In this document: in pieces, positions 9,910 through 18,019 of the stretch
Layout of the letters: each line of letters starts with the position of its first letter
Position numbering within the stretch: position 1 is the stretch's first letter
From: Telmatocola sphagniphila
GTDB taxonomy: Bacteria > Planctomycetota > Planctomycetia > Gemmatales > Gemmataceae
Assembly (NCBI RefSeq): GCF_018398935.1
Contig: NZ_CP074694.1
Span: 1,080,001-1,112,000 of the forward strand
Length of the DNA stretch: 32,000 nucleotides
Direction of reading: 5' to 3'
The notes under the pieces: generated by a model
Databases searched by the model: none
What the model was told of the DNA's origin: nothing
What the model saw: the letters and a program-made list of their open reading frames with translations, nothing else
Made by a program: the position numbers and the translations under genes

Positions 9910-10711
9910 CCGGTTAAGGCTAACCCAAAACAAAACCACATTGAATTACTCGTTCTGATGACAATAATCGCCCTGCTAACCAAGGCACCCCGTTCGTTCT
10001 CTGTTCGCCCGCATGGACCTTTGGGACGACCAGTTTGGGGGCGCCGAACTAGTGTTTGCTGCATTTTTACGCATCTTTCAGATCTATCTCAAACACTCCC
10101 GCGATCTAAACTCGAAGTTGCGGAGGTGGATGGTTCCCGCCCAGGCTGCTGAAGCAGAGATGTGGGAAGCGTTGACTAACGCAATAGGACTGAAGACCAT
10201 TGGAGTCGGGCTGCGCTACGCATCGCCCGACGGTGTCCCGGCGATGGGTGGTGTAGTCGAGTATGTCAACTAAAGTCCGTATGACGGACTGCATCGGATC
10301 GACAAGTCGGGGCTCACCGTAGCTGCTTTGGGAGTCGTCGATGGCGGCGGCTCGATCATGGTCGAGCTGAATCTCTATCTGTACGGTGATCCGACGGCTG
10401 AAATAGTCACCCATCAGACCCGGCTCTGAGACGAATGTTCTCAAAAACACTTCCCAATGCCGACTGAGGCGGGTCAGAGCGAATGAGCGAATATTTTGAC
10501 TGCGGCCGTTCGTTGATGTTGGTTGCACGAATTGGCATAGCAGTTTCGTATCGCAAAAATGGTCTGACACTGCCTATGAAACGCTTGAGATTTGAACCAC
10601 TTTTCGCCACTCGAAATAAGGAGTTCCATCGCTTATTCCGTGAGTTTGAGCGTCATTAAATTCGACTTGAGCACGCTTGTTGATCAGTAACTCGCGTGAT
10701 CATAATGAGAA

Positions 10712-10739
10712 AGCCCTTCGACGATCTCGCCGAAGGGCT
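10712..10739 (-). terminator. Hairpin (AGCCCTTCG / CGAAGGGCT) followed on the minus strand by TTTCTC; probable original tRNA-Pro terminator, now displaced to the attL side
   Basis: 9-bp perfect stem at 10712-10720 / 10731-10739, 10-nt loop. Lies about 15 bp downstream (minus sense) of the partial tRNA copy. Confidence 0.4.
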
Positions 10740-10753
10740 CATTTTGAAACAGG

Positions 10754-10800
10754 ATCGGGCCGATAGGATTTGAACCTACGACTTCTTGGTCCCAAACCAA
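10754..10800 (-). repeat. attL: duplicated 3' half of tRNA-Pro (anticodon stem to acceptor end)
   Basis: 10756-10800 is identical over 45 bp to 24961-25005 (47 bp if the preceding AT is counted). Sequence diverges immediately beyond. Confidence 0.9.
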
Positions 10801-10856
10801 AACGCATCCAATCGGAAACGCTGGAAAAAGTCGGATGAAAGCGATGGTGCAAAATG

Positions 10857-10877
10857 GTTTGTACCCCTGTTTGTACC
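10857..10877 (+). promoter_or_regulatory. Tandem GTTTGTAC repeats (12-bp period), candidate integrase arm-type sites, attL side
   Basis: GTTTGTACCCCTGTTTGTACC here, GTTTGTACTCCCGTTTGTACT at 24786-24806. TGGTGAAAAT also shared (10891-10900 / 24724-24733). Confidence 0.45.
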
Positions 10878-10960
10878 AGATCCGCGGATTTGGTGAAAAT
10901 CGGGGCTATCGTTCTGATTGCCGTGCGAGATACACAGCGGACGAATAGACAGGGCAGGGC

Positions 10961-11139
10961 GGAACGGGCGGGGGTGGGTGGCCCTAACTCGACAACCGAT
11001 CTGGTGTTCGGATGGAGTTCGCTCCGGACGGCTCGCCCTGGTGAAGCTTTCGCGGTTGCTACTTTTACGAGCATCACTTTAATTTCAGTCCGACGATCTC
11101 GCCAGTTTCCGGATTGAGCTACCCACCCCCGCCCGTTCC
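10961..11139. repeat. GC-motif module 1: inverted pair GGAACGGGCGGGGGTGGGTGGCCC (10961-10984) / GAGCTACCCACCCCCGCCCGTTCC (11116-11139)
   Basis: Arms are reverse complements apart from the outermost bases. CGCCCTGGTG at 11034-11043 lies between them. Confidence 0.85.
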
Positions 11140-11220
11140 ATCGTTGCCTATTGCCTAATCGCCGCCTTCGTTTCACAATAAGTTCAGTTTCTTCTCAATC
11201 ACACTTTCAGAGGCCCAACG

Positions 11221-12003
11221 ATGAAACCGCTCGCAATCGCTTCCCCTTTGCTCTTCCTGTTCGCATCGCTCGCCAGCGCCGAGAATCCGCCCGAATTCAA
11301 TTACAAGCTTTGTGAGAAACCAAATTATCTCTCCGAGTCCCACGGCAAAGAGATGATCCTGAAAGCCAAATTCAGAATCGGCCAGCCCGGTATCATCGCG
11401 GTTTACGAACGCAAGAACAAGAAAACGAATCGAGAGGATTACCCGGCCGAGATCCCGGTGAAGTTCTACAGCCCGGAAGCTGAAAAGAACTTTCGGGAAT
11501 CGATCATCGCCAGCAACAAAAGGAAAAAGGATCTGGTGGCCGAGCTGGTAGCGAAAGCGGATTTTTGCAAAGAGGATGAAGTTCTTTCGAAAGACTATGT
11601 TGTTCCGGATGCCCTCTTGCCCAAAGCCAGCATTACGCCTCGGTTTCAATCGCTTCAAAGTGGCTGGATGCGAATGCAGGAAGGCGCGGCCGAGTCCGAT
11701 GCAATCATGGAAAAGATCTTGGCGGATGCCCGGAAAAAGGGACAGACCGAAAAGCGAAAGTACTACGGTGCATTCGGTTTCGTTGATGCAAAAGTGAACG
11801 CAATCGCGCCGGAGAAGGAAGATAAGCCGATTGAGATTCCCACCGAGACGGCCGCGAGTTCGAAACTGTTTCTCGCGAAAGCCAAATTGCGGAACGATGC
11901 TGATAAAGCTGAAGGAATCAAAATCTTGAAAATGATTTTGGATCAGTACCCGGGAACCAAGGCAGCTAAGGAGGCCGCTGAGATCTTCGACGATTCAAAA
12001 TAA
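11221..12003 (+). CDS. Secreted hypothetical protein (260 aa), helical/TPR-like C-terminus
   Basis: Signal peptide MKPLAIASPLLFLFASLASA. Lys/Glu-rich. No family recognised. Confidence 0.6.
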   Translation: MKPLAIASPLLFLFASLASAENPPEFNYKLCEKPNYLSESHGKEMILKAKFRIGQPGIIAVYERKNKKTNREDYPAEIPVKFYSPEAEKNFRESIIASNKRKKDLVAELVAKADFCKEDEVLSKDYVVPDALLPKASITPRFQSLQSGWMRMQEGAAESDAIMEKILADARKKGQTEKRKYYGAFGFVDAKVNAIAPEKEDKPIEIPTETAASSKLFLAKAKLRNDADKAEGIKILKMILDQYPGTKAAKEAAEIFDDSK

Positions 12004-12028
12004 CCGGAGCAGGTTTCCAGTCCAGGCA

Positions 12029-13327
12029 TCAGGGCCCAATCGCCCCGCCTTGTCGCGCCGCCGCTTGAACCGCTCCGCCCATCACTTGAACAGTGGCATT
12101 GATTTCATCAAGAGTTTTTTGCATCTGATCCTGCTTCATGTCCTCAGCGCCTAACGACTTGTTGAGTCTCATCCATGTATCACTCAAGCTTTCGAACTGA
12201 ACCGAGCCTACGCGAGTAAAACCTTTGTTCCCGCCGTTGTCTTGCCGAGCTTTTTCCCTCTCTTTAAGTCCTGCAAGATAATTCGAAATGTCACGCAGAG
12301 GATTTTTGGATGTATCTACTCCGATCCCGTTTGCAAATCGGTTGGCCATATCCCCTAATCCTTTGATGTGAGAGATCCCACCGCCCTGAAGATCGGCATC
12401 CCAATTCTTCATTACCAAATCGAGCGTTCCGGGTTTCATAATTCCTAGATTTTCTCCCATCGCGGCCATTGTTGCAGCAATCGCGTTGGTAGCTTGTTTG
12501 TACTGCCGGACCATCCAATTCAATTTATCGATGACGAAGTTGACCGCTTTAGTTGCCCAATCCATGAGATGATCGGTCCAAGACTTGTTAGCGTCGTCCA
12601 TCGCGTTTGAAGTTTTTTCGGATTCAGTGTCGAAGAATCCGAACATATAAGCGCCGGCCGCAACGAGCCCCCCAATAGACGCAACTGCCAAACCTACCGG
12701 ACCTAAGAAAGCTGAACCGATAGCAACAGCCATCCCCCCAATTCCTTCCACCACCGCGAAGATTGCAGATCCCAAACCAACGAAAGAGCCGATGACCGTT
12801 GCGACGACAGAAGCAACCCCAGCGGCCGCGACAACGAATCCGGAAACCGCTGTAGCCATCACCACCCATTCCGTTGCCGCTTCGACGGTTGCCTTATCTA
12901 AACTTTGGAACCACTTCACAAAATCAATAACGGCATCGGTTGCCATTCGCACATACGGTGCCAGTGAGTCTCCAACCACTCTTGCAGCATATTCGAGAGC
13001 TGCCCCCAATTGCTGCATTTCAACCGTGCCAGCGCCCGCCTGAGACAAGATCCCGCCGATACCTAAAGTCCCGCCGAGTGTGAATTTGGATGCTGCCGAA
13101 GTGATGCTCGATATCGACTTGGAAACCGATTCGATAACCTGATTCGCCGAACGGCTGAAGGAAGCAACGGCCGCTTGCGATCTCGCGATTGCAGCCGCAA
13201 AGAGGTCTGCCGCTTTACTCGACTTGCCGAGCTTGCCGCCAATGCCGTCGATATCCGATTGTACTTTCGAAACTCCGTTGGTTACGAAGTCGACAGTCAT
13301 TTCCGCAAGTTGCTCTGAAGTCGCCAT
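12029..13327 (-). CDS. Phage tail tape-measure-like protein (432 aa; function tentative)
   Basis: Ala/Ser-rich coiled N-terminus. Central Gly-zipper hydrophobic block (VVAAAGVASVVATVIGSFVGLGSAIFAVVEGIGGMAVAIGSAFLGPVGLAVASIGGLVAAGA) typical of TMPs. Strong SD (GGAGGG) 5 nt upstream of the ATG. Confidence 0.5.
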   Translation of the reverse strand: MATSEQLAEMTVDFVTNGVSKVQSDIDGIGGKLGKSSKAADLFAAAIARSQAAVASFSRSANQVIESVSKSISSITSAASKFTLGGTLGIGGILSQAGAGTVEMQQLGAALEYAARVVGDSLAPYVRMATDAVIDFVKWFQSLDKATVEAATEWVVMATAVSGFVVAAAGVASVVATVIGSFVGLGSAIFAVVEGIGGMAVAIGSAFLGPVGLAVASIGGLVAAGAYMFGFFDTESEKTSNAMDDANKSWTDHLMDWATKAVNFVIDKLNWMVRQYKQATNAIAATMAAMGENLGIMKPGTLDLVMKNWDADLQGGGISHIKGLGDMANRFANGIGVDTSKNPLRDISNYLAGLKEREKARQDNGGNKGFTRVGSVQFESLSDTWMRLNKSLGAEDMKQDQMQKTLDEINATVQVMGGAVQAAARQGGAIGP

Positions 13328-13487
13328 GATTCCCTCCGGTGATTCGAAGTCTCTTTCACATTGGTTCCAACTGTAACAAGTTCGCCATAAATCCCCAAAC
13401 CGCCCGCCTGGTCAACCGGCCAAGGCGAGAGCATTGGTTCAAGTTTCGCCGCGATCAGCCGCCCTTGCTAGTCACCAGCTCGCACGG

Positions 13488-13721
13488 TTACTCTTCCGCG
13501 TCGAGAACCGATCCCATGAATTCTTGAAGAGCTTTAATCGATTCGGCGTCATTCCCGAAAATGCTATTCAGAAAGCTCAACCAGCTTTTGGGTTTGCCGC
13601 CAGTGGGCTCGTTAATCGGTCTGCACATGCTACTTTCCTTTTTAAAGTTACTTGTTAAAAGTTCGAAGTTTCTATCCCATGCCGAGCATCGCAGTGCGAG
13701 ATCGGCCAGATGTTGATTCAA
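13488..13721 (-). pseudogene. Fragment of a P4/D5-type primase-helicase (region just upstream of the P-loop)
   Basis: KSWLSFLNSIFGNDAESIKALQEFMGS aligns with EWIKFLQSIWPKDPEAIDTLQEVSGY of the 634-aa protein. The ORF stops before any Walker A. No P-loop in other frames downstream. Confidence 0.6.
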
Positions 13722-13821
13722 TCCCGTTTGCCACTTTGTCGCCTATCGCATTTCTGAATCCCTCCCATCGGTTGCTAGGTTGCTTTGGTCGATCTTTCAC
13801 GCCGGCCGCAAGAGCAATTCA

Positions 13822-13965
13822 CCGCGGGCGGGGTGGGTTGCCCTGATGGTATCCAGTTCGGTCTACCGGTCGCCTGGTGGTCGCCTGGTGAAGATCCGAT
13901 CACTCGCCGCCCGCTTCCCCCGTTTCCCCTGGTGTCTGGAGTGGGCCACCCACCCCCGCCCGTTC
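13822..13965. repeat. GC-motif module 2: CCGCGGGCGGGGTGGGTTGCCC (13822-13843) / GGGCCACCCACCCCCGCCCGTTC (13943-13965)
   Basis: Inverted pair. Tandem CGCCTGGTG at 13871-13879 and 13882-13890 lies between the arms. The right arm lies inside the 3' end of CDS 13900-14394. Confidence 0.85.
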
Positions 13966-14394
13966 ATCCGCCGATGTTTCACCCGACACCGGTTTCTTTC
14001 GCTCATCCACAAGCCCTAAATACTCACGGATCCGCTCCAGAGGTGGCAAGTGGATCCGCAGCCCTAGTAAATCGTCAATCGCTCGCTGGGCCATAATTCG
14101 GTCACGTGGCTTCGAGTTCGGATCGGAAATCACGGATGTATAGACGGCCAGCGATTCCGCACGTTGTTCCCGCCGAGCTTTCTGGATCTCCAGGACATTC
14201 CAATCGCGGGCGGTTCTTATCCAGCCCTGAATTGTCGAAGAGAAAATATCAGTACCAAATTTTTCGCGCACCTCCCGCTTGATTTCCTCCGTGGTGAAGT
14301 GCCGGCCGAGCATCGTTTGAACGAACTCAACACGCTCGCGAACTTGCTCCTGGTGAACAGCTCGCCTAGTCTTTTGGCCGTTGTCTTTTGCCAT
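13900..14394 (-). CDS. HTH protein, possibly terminase-small-subunit-like (tentative)
   Basis: 164-aa ORF. The pattern TTEEIKREVREKFG...STIQGWIRTARDW...KARREQRAESL...DRIMAQRAIDDLLGL resembles TerS-type N-terminal HTH plus helical oligomerisation region. The C-terminal 22 aa are encoded by GC-motif module 2. Confidence 0.45.
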   Translation of the reverse strand: MAKDNGQKTRRAVHQEQVRERVEFVQTMLGRHFTTEEIKREVREKFGTDIFSSTIQGWIRTARDWNVLEIQKARREQRAESLAVYTSVISDPNSKPRDRIMAQRAIDDLLGLRIHLPPLERIREYLGLVDERKKPVSGETSADERAGVGGPLQTPGETGEAGGE

Positions 14395-14478
14395 AAATCG
14401 CCGCCTTCAATTACCCTTCGCGCGCGTGAGGTATTCTGATCACAGTTGAACCGTCGCAACTCTCTCGATCCCAGGCAG

Positions 14479-14773
14479 ATTTTCAGCCCGCCAGAAGGCC
14501 CATTTTCAGCCCTCACAGATTCGTTTTGGTCCCATGGGTCCCATGTGGCCCCATGAATCCGAAAACCAGCTCAAATCCTGTGGCCGAGCTTCTAAGTACC
14601 GCTGAAGACAACCAAGCTAGGTGTCTAACTAATTAATTTTTGTTTTTCTCTACTTCATGGGTCCCATAGGACCAAACCTCAAAAGAGCAATTCTAAGTAC
14701 TGAAATAATCGGGGTTTACGCATGGCTCCATGAAGATCGTTCCATGAGGCCAATCATGGGGCCAAAAACGGTT
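14479..14773. promoter_or_regulatory. Iteron-rich, AT-centred intergenic region: candidate replication origin for the adjacent primase-helicase
   Basis: GGTCCCATG x2 and GGCCCCATG in tandem (14528-14555), GGTCCCAT (14660-14667), GGCTCCATG (14724-14732), inverted CATGGGGCC (14755-14763). ATTTTCAGCCC x2 (14479, 14502). TTCTAAGTAC x2 (14590, 14691). AT-rich core 14626-14655. Confidence 0.45.
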
Positions 14774-16678
14774 TCATGAGTCCTCAGATGGTTTGGCTAC
14801 CGGCTTACGAAGTCTAATTCCCTTAAAAAATTTCTTTCGTGTCTTTCCCTCGTCTATGAAATCGCCGTTTTTGGCCCCATCACTTTCGGGATCTGGGGCG
14901 TAAGTATCGCGAATAGTTTTGATCGCGTTGAAACACGATTTTAAATTGCGGCTGAAAAGGTTTCTTGGAAGAGGTTTGAGACCGGTTTTAATCGCGTATT
15001 CTTGCCATCGTAGGTAAACGTCAGCACAAGTTTCCGTTGCTTCTTTGTCGTCAATAAAGCAGTACTCTTCCACGAATTCAACAATCGGATTGGAGAGTGC
15101 TCTGAAGTCATCCATGTCATCCTGACCCGAACTCGGTTGTAGAAAATCCTTACCTTGTTCAATTCGTTCCTGAAGTCGTTTTAAGCCGTCCAAACTCCAC
15201 CAGAAAATAGAAGGAAGTTCCTTCAAAAGTTTCTCAGTTAAATAACGATCTTCACGCCCTAAAAATGAGGTTGTAGTTCGAAGCACAATGAATCTCGAAG
15301 CCAGCGCCAACGCCGAGTCGGGAAGCCGCGGCAGTTCATTGCTTGCGACTAAAATTCTCGCACCCAATCGCACTTCTTCGAGCGTACTCAAATACTTCCG
15401 CTCGATATCAATCGGATCGTCGCCGCTGATTGCCAGCAAACGATTCGTGATCAACTTGTCGTCGTAACGTCCGGAGATCCGCATATCGGGAAAAATAGCA
15501 AGCTTTTTGCCGATCCAGCCACTAAGCCCGAACGGGTTTGACAATTGGCTCATGCTCGATGCCAGGCAGTTGGAATGCCCCATCAGTGCTTGCAAGACCC
15601 GGCAGATTGTACTCTTTCCACTTCGAGGCGGACCTAAAAGAAAAAAGATCTTGTGGCATCGCGTTTGCCCGGACAAGAGATAGCCAGACACTTCCTGAAG
15701 AGTGTCGATTGCTTCTGGGTCCTTCGGCCAAATGGATTGAAGAAACTTTATCCATTCCGTTGGGTGAGACGATTCGATTCTAAAGTCACCAGTGAGAGCG
15801 TAATCGAGTTTGTGAAGGTTGAAAAAATCGGGTGACAATGGGGCTGGCTTCACTTCCTGACTCTTTAACAAATCGCTCAGCTTTAATAGGCCGTTTGAGA
15901 ACACGACGCAATCCGACATGTCTTGACCAGCTTTGGGGCCGCGAAGATAGCAGGGTGGTTCAATTTCTGAAGGTACTCTGGTTTTCGCACTAAGGGCTTG
16001 CATGGCCGATGAAATGTTATTCGTCGTTACTGGCGGCGGGGTGGGTGGTTCACCGTTGCCGGACCATGCCGCGATTTTCTTCTTGTACTCGGCTTCAATT
16101 AGTTTGTTGGCAACTTCCGTCAGCCGTGGTCGAAGATCTGAAACGGGTGTCAGTTTGTACCTTTCATCGGAGTAAATGTAAAATTGCTCCCTCCAATAAA
16201 CGACTTTATCCGTTCTTAGAAACTCGTTCGCAATCCTCATCGGATCATTTGGCTTGCGAAAAATCCCCCCGTTCTCTTTGAGATCTCTCTGGGCTTCTTC
16301 TCGCTTTTCTAAGTCCCGCTTCAGCGGATCTAGTGAGGGAGTAGTTCCCGCGATGTGTCCAAGAGAGTCTTCCAAAGATTTCAACATGTTCTCGGAGTGG
16401 CCACCCACCCCCGCCCGTTCATCCGCCGAGCTGGTGTTGTGAGGTGTAAGCGAGATTCCGTCCCCGGCAGCCGTGAATTGGGCGGGTGGGTTGCCATTCC
16501 CAAAGTTCGCCGTCTGATTTATTTTGCTCAGCATTCGAGCTAGAACGCGAGATCTGAAAGCAGAATCCGGATCGCTGCTACTTGAATTTGAATTTGACTT
16601 TGACTTTGTGTGTTCATCATGTACCATTAAATCGTCCTTTCCGTAGTCCGCGTTTGTTTTTCCGACTTGGCCACACAT
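14774..16678 (-). CDS. Phage/plasmid primase-helicase, P4-family C-terminal / D5-like SF3 NTPase
   Basis: 634 aa. W-x-x-FL...LQE-x-x-GY-LLSG motif followed by Walker A GPPRSGKST, then AIFPD and ILVASNE (SF3 motifs B and C). No obvious Toprim/AEP catalytic domain recognised in the N-terminus. Confidence 0.85.
   Translation of the reverse strand: MCGQVGKTNADYGKDDLMVHDEHTKSKSNSNSSSSDPDSAFRSRVLARMLSKINQTANFGNGNPPAQFTAAGDGISLTPHNTSSADERAGVGGHSENMLKSLEDSLGHIAGTTPSLDPLKRDLEKREEAQRDLKENGGIFRKPNDPMRIANEFLRTDKVVYWREQFYIYSDERYKLTPVSDLRPRLTEVANKLIEAEYKKKIAAWSGNGEPPTPPPVTTNNISSAMQALSAKTRVPSEIEPPCYLRGPKAGQDMSDCVVFSNGLLKLSDLLKSQEVKPAPLSPDFFNLHKLDYALTGDFRIESSHPTEWIKFLQSIWPKDPEAIDTLQEVSGYLLSGQTRCHKIFFLLGPPRSGKSTICRVLQALMGHSNCLASSMSQLSNPFGLSGWIGKKLAIFPDMRISGRYDDKLITNRLLAISGDDPIDIERKYLSTLEEVRLGARILVASNELPRLPDSALALASRFIVLRTTTSFLGREDRYLTEKLLKELPSIFWWSLDGLKRLQERIEQGKDFLQPSSGQDDMDDFRALSNPIVEFVEEYCFIDDKEATETCADVYLRWQEYAIKTGLKPLPRNLFSRNLKSCFNAIKTIRDTYAPDPESDGAKNGDFIDEGKTRKKFFKGIRLRKPVAKPSEDS
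16032..16050. repeat. Degenerate GC-motif copy (GGCGGCGGGGTGGGTGGTT)
   Basis: Reverse complement AACCACCCACCCCGCCGCC. Encodes EPPTPPPV within the primase-helicase. Weaker match than the other copies. Confidence 0.4.
16399..16495. repeat. GC-motif module 3: GGCCACCCACCCCCGCCCGTTC (16399-16420) / GAATTGGGCGGGTGGGTTGCC (16475-16495), wholly inside the primase-helicase CDS
   Basis: Inverted pair about 55 bp apart. Translated as ADERAGVGG and GNPPAQF. Confidence 0.8.
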
Positions 16679-16708
16679 TTGACCGATGTGTGGCCTTTTT
16701 TCGTTTTC

Positions 16709-18016
16709 CTAGGTGTTCCTTACTACTGCTGCAGCTCTATCGAGTAATCTCGGCCGCCACGGTTCCGACGTTGCCAATGTTTCGATATTCTTGGACCTCC
16801 CGATAAAGCCCCCGCGGGATTGCAGCCGCGCATGACCAGCCAGGGCCCATGCGAGGACTGCTTCCCGTTCACTCACGAGCCGTTTCAACAGTGACGGATC
16901 GTCTGGTAGTTCTTTTGTCGTTTTCACATGCGTGAACTTGTTGCCGAGATCTTGGCCAGGGCGAAACGGCTTGGTAAGAGTTTCCGCCACGATGATCATC
17001 TTCGTGCTCGATTTCGAGTTGCGTATCGTCGGCTTTCTATCGCTACTCGGAAGCAACGGTTTTCTCTCGATGGTCATGGGCCGATTCATGGAAAATTTGA
17101 TCAGGTTGTTAATGATCCGATTTCGCAGTGAGAAACTTTTCGGCATGTAAAAGTATTTGCAAAAAACCGCCATGTGTGGCTGCATGAATTCAAAGATCCA
17201 CGACTTACCCAGTTGGTCAACGAAGGGATAGCAAGCGTTTTCGTCGCCAAGAAGTATTCGAAGCATTCGGCAAATCAAGTCTGTGCTTGATTCCGGGCCT
17301 GTTAAAACAAACATGTTTCCGTAGCTGGTGTCACTGGTCAAAACGTAGCTGAAAAGCTCTTGAACTGTTTCCGCTGTGTTGCCATCGACGACGTGGCCGA
17401 GGGCTTCGAGCCAGGCTGGACATCTGCCAGACTTCAAATCTGGACTAACCCGGATGCCGTTCAGATTGAAGAGCCGCGGCCGCGTCGGGTTATCATTGGA
17501 GCAACCCACCCCCGCCCGATTCCCCTTCGAACTGGTGAACCGGCCGGATTCGATAGCTTCCTTCAACTCGTGCGGGTCGAATAGACCTTCCGATGTGACG
17601 ATCTTTTTGGAAAGGTCTATCCTGCTTTTAGTGCCGAGAAAAAACGGGGGTTCAAAAGTCCCGTCAACGTACGTTCTGACCATCAACGCATTTTTGACGG
17701 CATCCACGAGCCGCCGTTGAACTATTGGCTTTGTGAATTGAAACTCTGGATGACACTTCAGCTTCAATTCGAATTCCGCCTCGATAACATTATTGCTACA
17801 TGACGCTATCAATCCGGCCGCTTCAGAGTTGAGCATTTCCCGGTATCCAACTCTGTCGGGTTCTTGGATCCAAAAACTTCCCCGCCAGTAAACAAGCTGT
17901 TTGAATTCCCGGATAAAGTCCGCAATCTTTCCGGGTGGGGACCATGTTTTAATTGCGATAATCTGTTCTTTTTCCGCCGCTGCCACTGTTCCGTTCGTTC
18001 GTTTGTTCCCGACCAT
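16709..18016 (-). CDS. Degenerate paralogue of the primase-helicase lacking Walker A
   Basis: 435 aa. Shares VYWR..F.I and IEAE(F/Y) N-terminal blocks and the AWLEALG...VQELFSYVLTS motif. Has GPESSTD where the neighbour has GPPRSGKST. Confidence 0.75.
   Translation of the reverse strand: MVGNKRTNGTVAAAEKEQIIAIKTWSPPGKIADFIREFKQLVYWRGSFWIQEPDRVGYREMLNSEAAGLIASCSNNVIEAEFELKLKCHPEFQFTKPIVQRRLVDAVKNALMVRTYVDGTFEPPFFLGTKSRIDLSKKIVTSEGLFDPHELKEAIESGRFTSSKGNRAGVGCSNDNPTRPRLFNLNGIRVSPDLKSGRCPAWLEALGHVVDGNTAETVQELFSYVLTSDTSYGNMFVLTGPESSTDLICRMLRILLGDENACYPFVDQLGKSWIFEFMQPHMAVFCKYFYMPKSFSLRNRIINNLIKFSMNRPMTIERKPLLPSSDRKPTIRNSKSSTKMIIVAETLTKPFRPGQDLGNKFTHVKTTKELPDDPSLLKRLVSEREAVLAWALAGHARLQSRGGFIGRSKNIETLATSEPWRPRLLDRAAAVVRNT
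17499..17522. repeat. GC-motif copy GAGCAACCCACCCCCGCCCGATTC (single, inside CDS 16709-18016)
   Basis: 31 bp (17500-17530) identical to 18989-19019. Translated as GNRAGVGCS. Confidence 0.85.
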
Positions 18017-18019
18017 GTT

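Noticed and set aside
9910-10711. ORFs 10013-10273 (+), 10106-10570 (-) and 10407-10610 (-) between the esterase locus and attL
   Set aside because: They overlap one another, have no family signature I can recognise, and have an odd Ser/Arg/Cys-rich composition. The region may be a decayed gene or non-coding, which cannot be decided without a search.
10961-10984. Motif G-strand as a canonical G-quadruplex
   Set aside because: Each copy has only three runs of G3 or longer (GGG C GGGGG T GGG) plus a GG. A four-tract G3+ quadruplex is therefore not encoded, and only a weaker two-tetrad structure is conceivable.
10739-11176. 145-aa ORF (-) across attL, and the similar 80-aa ORF 24608-24850 (-) near attR (both contain VQTGVQT)
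   Set aside because: The shared peptide simply reflects translation of the GTTTGTAC tandem repeats. Both ORFs run through att, tRNA-derived and repeat DNA, so I treat them as non-coding.
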